From contig BAAIJX010000004.1 in NCBI GenBank assembly GCA_054600435.1, positions 682,001 to 746,000 on the forward strand: DNA of 64,000 nucleotides. Direction: 5' to 3'. The notes beneath the pieces are model-generated. The model was given only the letters and a program-made list of their open reading frames with translations. It searched no databases and was not told the origin of the DNA. The DNA comes from Neophaeotheca triangularis. Taxonomy: Eukaryota. The first letter of the stretch is position 1. The number at the start of each line of letters is the position of its first letter. The translations under genes and the position numbers were made by a program. Shown here piece after piece: positions 56,335 to 64,000 of this stretch.

Positions 56335-57596
56335 ATGTCTAGCGAGAACGTGAAAAATATCAGTGCGAGGCGTTTTGCAGAGTACGTCGCTCTCTCACCT
56401 TCTCCTTGAGTCGATCGATGGTCATGGCTTTATCCCCCAGTAGTCATTCTCGACCGCATCCGTGGCGAACGATGAAAGACGACGACTACGAGGGTACTGT
56501 AAAAGACAGCGCAGCTAAATGTTTGCGCCAAAGGCTTTTATCCGGGCCCACTGTAAACATCCTCGTCGGACCCCAGCGGCGGCAGTGGTCCGTCCACCGC
56601 AGACTGCTGTGTCACCACTCTTCATATTTCGACAACCACGCTTCGAGCGGGAACGATAGCTGCGAGCTTCCGGATGACGATCCTAGGGGTTTTGAATTGT
56701 TGGTTAGATGGCTGTATCAAGGTTCCATCGACAATGTCTCAACTCTCGGTGATGAGAATGAGAAGTACGAGTACGCTGTCAGTTGTCACAAACTGTGGTT
56801 GCTGTGCCACAAGTTCGGGCTTCCGAAATTGAAAGATGTAGCACTCGAGCAGTATCGACAGGGGCTTTGTGAGGCTCACTTGGTGCCGGACGCTGAGGAG
56901 ATCAACGAGATTTATGCGCAGTCTCCGCCTGGAAGCCCGTTTAGATCGCTAATGACCAAGATCGCCGCAAGGCAGATCATGGATCCGGAGGTGGACAAGG
57001 ATGCCGAGAGCTATCGAAACTGTTTCGAGGGAAATCCAGATTTCGCTGTCGACATGGTGAACGCCATTCGCCACATGTCAGGGGGCATGCTCTTCGACGA
57101 CCCAACTGCTCAAGACTACCAAGAAAAGCCTACGCAAGTACCGGCGAAAGTTCACAACCACAGGAGACCCACGAACGTCGGGCCACCGCCGCCAAACACC
57201 CCTACGGAACCCCAGCGTGCTCCAATTGCTAAAGGCACGCCGAAGACAACTCCGAACAGCATCCCGCAAAAACAGACCGCCGGCCGAAGTTTCAGCTACA
57301 GCCAACCTCCGCGCCAACGCTCAGTCAACGGCCACGGTACCACCAGCAACGGTAACAGCAGCCGCGCTTCCAGCATCAGCAACAGCCCTCGCAAACTCGA
57401 GAGACGCTCGACCGTTGCGGCAAACACTAATGGACCGCCTTCTGCGCAGAAGGCTTGGACTGTCAATGGCGTCGTTAAGCAGATGAATGGTAACGGGGAG
57501 AGTGGGAGTCAGAGCTATGCTTCTTCTACCACGAGTACGCAGGGGAGGAGGCAGCCGCCTAAGTTGAGGAAGAAGGAGGCGGCGGTGGCAGGCTGA
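56335..57596 (+). CDS. BTB/POZ domain protein with low-complexity C-terminus (2 exons)
   Basis: Exon 1 is 56335-56381, with intron 56382-56543. The protein has VNILVG...WSVHRRLLCHHSSYF...ELPDDDPRGFELLVRWLYQG...KLWLLCHKFGLPKLKD. Confidence 0.88.
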
Positions 57597-59371
57597 GGGT
57601 GGACGGGTGTATGTTTTCTTGGAACTGAAACGAGGGATGCAGTTCAAAGGGCTCCTTTTTCGCCGTGTGCAAATGTTGCACCAAGTGGAGCGTCTTTGAT
57701 CGAATTCGAGAGCTACTGCGACACATTACCTCTTGAGGCTGCCGAACATGTGACCGACGACACTTATAAAGACGATACTGAGCCCGCAGCCAGAAGACTT
57801 GCAAACTCGTATGGTCCCAGCACGGCAGTCTACACGGGGGAGCGAAGGGAGTCAACACTCATGTCAGAGACCGGTTAGTCACTGAGCATGATCTGGGCGT
57901 CCCTGCTACCGTCGCCAGCTCCACATTACCGCCATAGGGAACGGCTTCCTGCTTTCTCCAGCAAGTCTTCCGTCTAGCTGGCTCGTGAACGGCCAAATAG
58001 CGGCCAAATAGCGGCGTTAGCACAAACTGGCTGCGAATGATAGCTAGAAGAGACACGGGCATTGCTTGGGGAGGGAAAGCAGCAGCATGGGGTCGTTTGT
58101 GCGACCGATATAGCGTCGCCGGAAAAGCCGTGCTGGCGGTCACGGCGGGAGTCCTATGCCTTGACTGAAAAGGAAGACAACGGAGCTCTTGCGTTGCGGT
58201 CATCGCAAACGGACGAGCCGAAAGGGACTATGCTATCTCTCCTTGCTTTTTCGAGCGGCTTACTGGGCTTGTTCAGAGCGATACAACGACATTGTCCGGG
58301 ATTGTGGGCTGCGTAGTGAAAGCGGGGAGGTGATGAATAAAAGAATATACCAACAAGCCTTTGGTGGCTCGCGTCGGGAATTTCCGCTCCAATCGACTCG
58401 GCCTCCATTGTCTTCTCCATTTCCTCCCGTCAAGCCCTGGCGGCGCTGGCGATCTCAGCAGACAAAGAGACGAGGCGCGTTGCAATGTGGCCAGACGGAC
58501 ACCTACTCTCGCAGATACTTAGACGATCAGACAGCACCCTCGTCTGCTGTCTGTCGCCCGTTTGTGGATTTACCATCCTGACGACTGTTGGAGGAACATT
58601 GGCGGGTGTAAACGGGGGGGCTTGGGCGGAGTTTCTCGCTCGTCTTTGTCAAGGCGGTGCTTGCTTATATAGCATTGTCGAGATGAGGCGGGCTGGCTAG
58701 CTGGCTTCAGGATTGTCTGCATTGCATTTGCCGGCGTCTTTGGGGTGCAAAAGATCGCCCAGGCCATTAGGCAGCCTCCTTGAGATGTGCCGGAGTATAA
58801 TGGGGATATGGAGGGGCACCTTGACCCCAGTAGCGCATAAGGAGACTGAAAGCAGTGAACGAATCACGGTCGATGTAAGACGATAGTCAGGTAGTGTAAG
58901 TAAGTACGACAGCAGTAGGTAGAGCTCAATCGAATCAAGACCAGCGATTCCGACTCCCACGCGGAGAAGCATATTTAGGAAATCACCAAAGCCCCTTGCC
59001 CTACCGCAACGTCAGATCAAAGCAATTCGATGCGGTCGACTGAAGTGGACACAAGCGCCCATTTCCTCGCAACAAGGTAGCAGGAGAGACAGAACGTGAA
59101 TCGAGACAGGGCGAGTAGGTAGGTATGTATATGAAAGCGCAGGCGGGTCTCCCACTCCAAAGGGGTAGGAAGGAACCAAAGACAGACAAGACCAGACAAG
59201 ACTCCGGGGTATTATCAGAGCGCATCCCGCGTCTCGAGTGCCGCACATCGCACGTCGCATCACCTCTGCCCCAGAAAAAAGAAAAAAGCAATAACTAGAT
59301 ACAACGAGCGAACCCCCTACCTTCCAAGCCTCCCTGAACCCATGTCATCCAAACATGCCCTCCAGCCTGAC

Positions 59372-62300
59372 TCAAGTATAAATACTCTCGGTAATGTTGT
59401 TAACCTGCAAGCCCGTCTCCGCCATGGTCTCATCCTTGAGAAAGTCCAAAGGCATCCAAACAAGGTGTCCCTTGATTTTATCCAGCTCCTCGCGCAAATG
59501 GTCGACGGGCTGGAAAGGATCGTAGACGTGGCCGGCTTTTTGCGACTGTGTACACAGACAGAAACGTGAGCAAAAACACATTTCCATCGGAAATTGTGAG
59601 GGAGGGGCAGAGGACTTACCTTGGGCAGAAATTTGTCATAGTCGTCAAAAGTCTTAACGTTGTCGTCCGGATCCGCGTGAAAGAGGTGGCGGAAAACGCT
59701 AGTGTTGGTGGTGGCCTGCTTCGTCCACATTTCCCAGACGTCATCGCTGAGAGGGTCCTCGACGAATTTGTCGTGCTCGTCGCCCTCGTACCAGATGTTG
59801 TCGCCGTCGGAGGGCGGCTGGGCGTTGGGGTCTTTGCTGCCGTCTAGCTCTTGTGGCGGCAGGAGACCCAGGTGCTCACGCCACATCATGCGGCGGAGGG
59901 TGGCGGCGTGGTGGCCTGCGGTGTAGGGCGCGCCGTTCATGGTTGATTGCAGTGGGAGCGTGTCCTCCATGACGATGCTGAGTTCGGAGTCGTGGAAGCC
60001 GAGTTGGGAGCGGTCGTTGATATTGCTGGAGCCACAGATAACGATGCGGTCGTCGACGATGAGGAGCTGGGTGTGGTTAGTAGACGGTATCGATGGGTAT
60101 GAATGTCCTGTCGAGAGGCTTACCTTGCCATGGATGTACAGTTCTTCATGCACAAAGTTTTCCACTTCTTGTTGTCTGTTCTCCTCAGGGTCGCCTTCGC
60201 CCTTGCCAGGTTCACGACCGGCATAGTTCTCCTCGCTGACCTTCTTCGTCCCCAGCATGGCATCCTCGGCGATAGAGTCCTTACTCATGACCTCAGTATC
60301 GATGTCTCCCTCGAGACCTGCCTCCTTCCGCTTCGACTCGAACTTCTTCTTACGCGACCGCAAGTTCGACCTTTCGTCCTCGGCATCACTCTCGCTGTCA
60401 GCGTTGTCCTCGCTGGAGCTCTCGCCACCAACGCCGTGCATACCCGAACCCATGACTTCTTCGGCTTCGGCGCGCTGCACTTCTTGGTACGAGACACCAG
60501 ACTCCTCCTGCATCTTCTTCATCGCAGGAGTATTATTAATACGATCGTACGAGCGCAGGTTGAAAGCGAAAAAGTACTTGCTCGCGTCGACACCCTGCTT
60601 TTCGCACTGACCAAAAATCGAGTGCTCGCCACGGTTGATCGACTTGTACTGGTAGTCCATCATGGCTCTGGTGCCTGCCGCGGCATCCGACCTCAAATCA
60701 CCTGCGAAACCAGGAATGGCCGGGATGATGATGATGACGCGGAATTTCCTGCCCTCTTGGTCGGCCTTGCAGATGGCATCCACGATGGCGCGTCCAATCT
60801 GGTTGTGAACGGGGGCTTGCTGGTCTCCGGTGGCGGTGATGAAGAATTGGTTCTCAATGTACACCAAGTGCTTGGCGGAGCGGATGATCTGACAGTAAGC
60901 GTTTTGAATACTTTGTTCGGTGAGAATGCCCGACGACCAGTCTGCAGAACTGCGCACAAGCTGACCGTGAACGGTTCCTTGCCCGCCCTCACTGTCACCT
61001 TCGTCTGTGATTTTGTTGGATTCATACTCCGCCTGCTTCTCTGCGAGACCTCCAGAAGCTGAAACCATGCCCTCCTCGCCGGTGTTCTGGCCTGTGTGGT
61101 GCGCATTTTCCTGTTTCTCCGGTAGAGGGACGTTTGGAGTCTTGGCCTCTCTCTCCTTCTTCTTCTTTTCCTCGGGATCTGTGTGCAGATGAGGTCGGTG
61201 AATGCCGCGCGAGCGCATTTCCTTCTGAAAACCATGACCGCGACGGTGCTGCTCTTCAGTATAACCTCTAGCGTCCACATTCTCCTCGGCATCATGGAAC
61301 TCGTCATCGTCACTGCCTCCATACTCAGGCGCGTCTTCCGGGACATTGAGACCATCGACTGCTCCTCCAGTATCTTTCCCGAGATTCTTGTGACCAGCTC
61401 CGGCTTGATTCGGGTCACCAGTCTTTTGACTCAAATCCGAAAACGGGTGATGTACGTACTCTCCTACTGGGTGCTTTGGCCTTTGGACGCCAATGAGATC
61501 CTCGTCTTCGCCAGTGCGACCAGTCATCGTAAGCCAATCATAACGCTCGTCACGCTTGTATTTATCGCGCTTGCAGAAGTTCCACCTCAGGACGAAATGC
61601 TCGGCAATGTCGTAAACGCAAGGCCCAATAACACCCATGGCTACATCGTGCCACGGCATGCGACCGTATTCAGCCTTGGACAGCTCGTTGCTCTTCCAGT
61701 CCTCGACGCTCTGGAAGTCCATGATACGGTTATTGTTGAAGTCCTGGCCAGGAAAGACCTCGTTCTGCACACCAGCCGGATGAGCATCAGCCAGAGGATG
61801 CTGTCTGTCGTCCCAACGACCGAAACAGAGGTCCAGGCCGCCGATGAATGCCATGTTGTAATCAATGACAATGAACTTCTCGTGATGTGCCCAGTAGAAT
61901 GTCATATCTCCGGCGTTCTCAAAGACGTTGTGGTCCGGGTGACGCATGATTGCGATGTTCCCGTGGCCGGGAGTGCCCTCAGGACACAGCGCTTCCAAAG
62001 CATGCTTGGTATGAGCCGAGTTGCAACTCAACGCCTGCGCGACCTCCTTGTAGACGACAACGTATATTTTCACGCCCCTCTCAGCAGCGCGCTTCAGGGT
62101 TTTGTCCAGACGCCAGTCTAGTTCGAAAAAGGGCGGCCTGCGCAAGAACAATTCGGGGCTCAGCCACCAGTCTTCGATATAGATCGACTCTTTCGCATTT
62201 TCGAGCGCGACGGAGACGGCCCAGAAGTAGTCCCGGCCGTCAATGTACCATTTGATGCGATTGCCCGCCCTCTCCGGCGCAAAAGACTGAAAACGATGGG

Positions 62301-62565
62301 CCTCGGCGATTCTAGTGCGTTTGGCGTCGGTTGCTTGCTCGTGCTCCTCGTCGTGACGATGATTGGGATTGACCAAGTTCTTGAACTTGCCGAGACGGTT
62401 CTTGAGATGCGTGGCCTTGATCTTGACGTCGTACAAGTGCGTGTCCTTCATCTTCTCACGCAGTTTGTCGGCGAAGTCATGATGGTCTCGGTGATCGGGT
62501 TTGGCATCATCCGAGCCACGGGTTTGCTGGTCCGGGTGGATGCCCGCGCTCTTGCCGAAGACCAT
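59372..62565 (-). CDS. Phospholipase D (two HKD motifs, 3 exons)
   Basis: Motifs WAHHEKFIVID, RMPWHDV, YIENQFF and ELYIHGK/LLIVDD...GSSNINDRSQLGFHDSE. Introns at 60123-60067 and 59619-59546 give the C-terminus ...NNITESIYT*. Confidence 0.95.
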
Positions 62566-63214
62566 GGTGATTAGGGCGGAGGGGGAGTCTCGGCGGTGTA
62601 GGTTTGTAGGTGAAGGGGTAGGTGAGTGAGGGAGCAGGAGAGTGGGTAGGTGGGTGGGTGTGGGGTCTATCTGAACATTGACAAGGCCACTCTTCCAAGC
62701 AAGCGAGCGAAGGGGTGGAGGAGCGCGTCGAAAAGGACGTGGGATTGTAAGGATGGAGGGGTGGAGGGGTGGAGGGTGGAGGGGCTGGGGATGTATGGGT
62801 CGACAGACAGACAGACAGGCAGGCAGGCAGGTATATACCTAGGTACCTAATAAGGTGTCAATCTTGCTCTTGTTTGACTCTGGCGCGGGGCTAAAAGTGA
62901 AGAAGCCAGTGATTGACAGCCCCGCGGACGTCACCTCGTCAATTTTGCGGGACAATCGACAACGCCCGTCGTCCTCCGGGGCAACCCGTCGACGATTGAC
63001 ATTATTACCTCCTAGGGGTGGCGGGGGCTGGGAGTTGAAAGACTTTGACCTAGGATACCTATCTATTTTACCTTATCGTTGTCGTTGCTGAAGCCGTCAT
63101 CGTAGCCCAACGAATCTGACTCGTAGGCCGCATGACGAGATGGTAAAGGAAAAGACCATGAGTGGAAGAGAAATTCCATGCCGAGTGAAAGGATACACAA
63201 TACACTCCCGCTGT

Positions 63215-64000
63215 CTACCACCCATAAGTCTCCACATGCAAAAAGATGCCCTGAGCACCAGTACCTTTATGCACCGCCCTCTCATCCGACAACGCGGCAA
63301 CATATGTCCGCGTCTGCGCCGTGACAGCAGGGCCTCCACACACAACGACCGCCGTCTCGCCCAAAGCAGCCTCAACAGGCCTCCGGATCATCGAATCGAG
63401 CGTGGGCCGTTGGCCGTGGAGCATTGTCAACCCTGTACTGCTCGTCGCTGTACTCGCCTTGCTCGATCTATGACAAAATCCAGCCTTCTCATCGCTCGTC
63501 GACCTCGCGCTTTCGGAGCTGGAACTCATATCGGAACGGTCCGTTGACCGCTGTTGTACGCTCATGTCATTCAGCTCGGTGCCAGACAGCATTTGCTCGG
63601 TCCTGTTCGATCTGGTGACGTGTACGGCAGCTCGGAGGACGAGACCTTGCTGTTGCGCACTCTCGACGACTGCCATCAACTCTCGCTGAAACCAGGCAAA
63701 GTGGTCCTCTGACCGGATGATCCAGTGGAGTGTGATATACCTCACGCAGCCACGTTTCCGGACTAAATTCTGCAAAACGGGGACGATGTATGAAGCACCG
63801 CTGGAACAAGCGATAAGCACGACTGTGTCGAAATGTAGCAGATCCGGTGGCGCACCCCACGGCCCGCTCAAAAGGGCGCGGTACTGTCGGCCCTGTGACT
63901 TGGTTGCGGCCTGGTACAGACTCCGAGTGAAGCCAGAGCGGGCCTGAATAAGGAAGGTGAGTCGACGCTGCTCGCCATTAAAGTGTTCGATCGGCGTGTT
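63215..64000 (-). CDS. Ferric reductase (FRE family), C-terminal FAD/NAD(P)H-binding part; 5' end outside the window
   Basis: Segments GPWGAPPDLLHFDTVVLIACSSGASYIVPVL, TLHWIIR and GETAVVVCGGP...SDERAVHKGTGAQGIFLHVETYGW. Confidence 0.88.
   Translation of the reverse strand, partial: NTPIEHFNGEQRRLTFLIQARSGFTRSLYQAATKSQGRQYRALLSGPWGAPPDLLHFDTVVLIACSSGASYIVPVLQNLVRKRGCVRYITLHWIIRSEDHFAWFQRELMAVVESAQQQGLVLRAAVHVTRSNRTEQMLSGTELNDMSVQQRSTDRSDMSSSSESARSTSDEKAGFCHRSSKASTATSSTGLTMLHGQRPTLDSMIRRPVEAALGETAVVVCGGPAVTAQTRTYVAALSDERAVHKGTGAQGIFLHVETYGW

Noticed and set aside
57696..57878. Short acidic ORF downstream of the BTB gene
   Set aside because: It has a TTG start, only 60 codons, no splice model and no recognisable motif.
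59317..62565. 1082-aa single-exon PLD from the ORF track
   Set aside because: It reads through two introns. The first splits the second HKD motif, and removing the second gives the C-terminus ending at 59372.

Overview
Eukaryotic DNA from a filamentous ascomycete. Short GT-AG introns with CTRAC branch points, a Zn2Cys6 regulator and the gene families present point to this. A Dothideomycete-like lineage is my inference. About 20 protein-coding loci are present. Conserved genes: Spo7, a secreted CHRD-domain protein, a gamma-tubulin complex subunit (GCP6-like), an amino-acid permease, Ctf18, Spo71, a cyclin K/Ctk2-like cyclin, an alpha-glucoside/maltose-type sugar porter next to a Zn2Cys6 transcription factor, an NSS/SLC6 symporter, a DUF1772-like membrane protein, a BTB protein, phospholipase D and the 3' part of a ferric reductase. 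The most striking accessory feature is a locally expanded, highly diverged F-box family with 7 loci and 8 F-box modules in two clusters (0.6-6.2 kb and 21.7-26.3 kb). Seven of the eight modules share a C-terminal motif set I cannot name. The family shows birth-and-death turnover: a two-module fusion, a nonsense-interrupted copy and a possible relic. Also present are a microsatellite-dense TpA-rich 4-kb intergenic region, a degenerate tRNA/SINE-like Pol III element, and several non-consensus splice sites (AAG acceptors, one GC donor). All calls come from reading the sequence by eye; no database searches were run.
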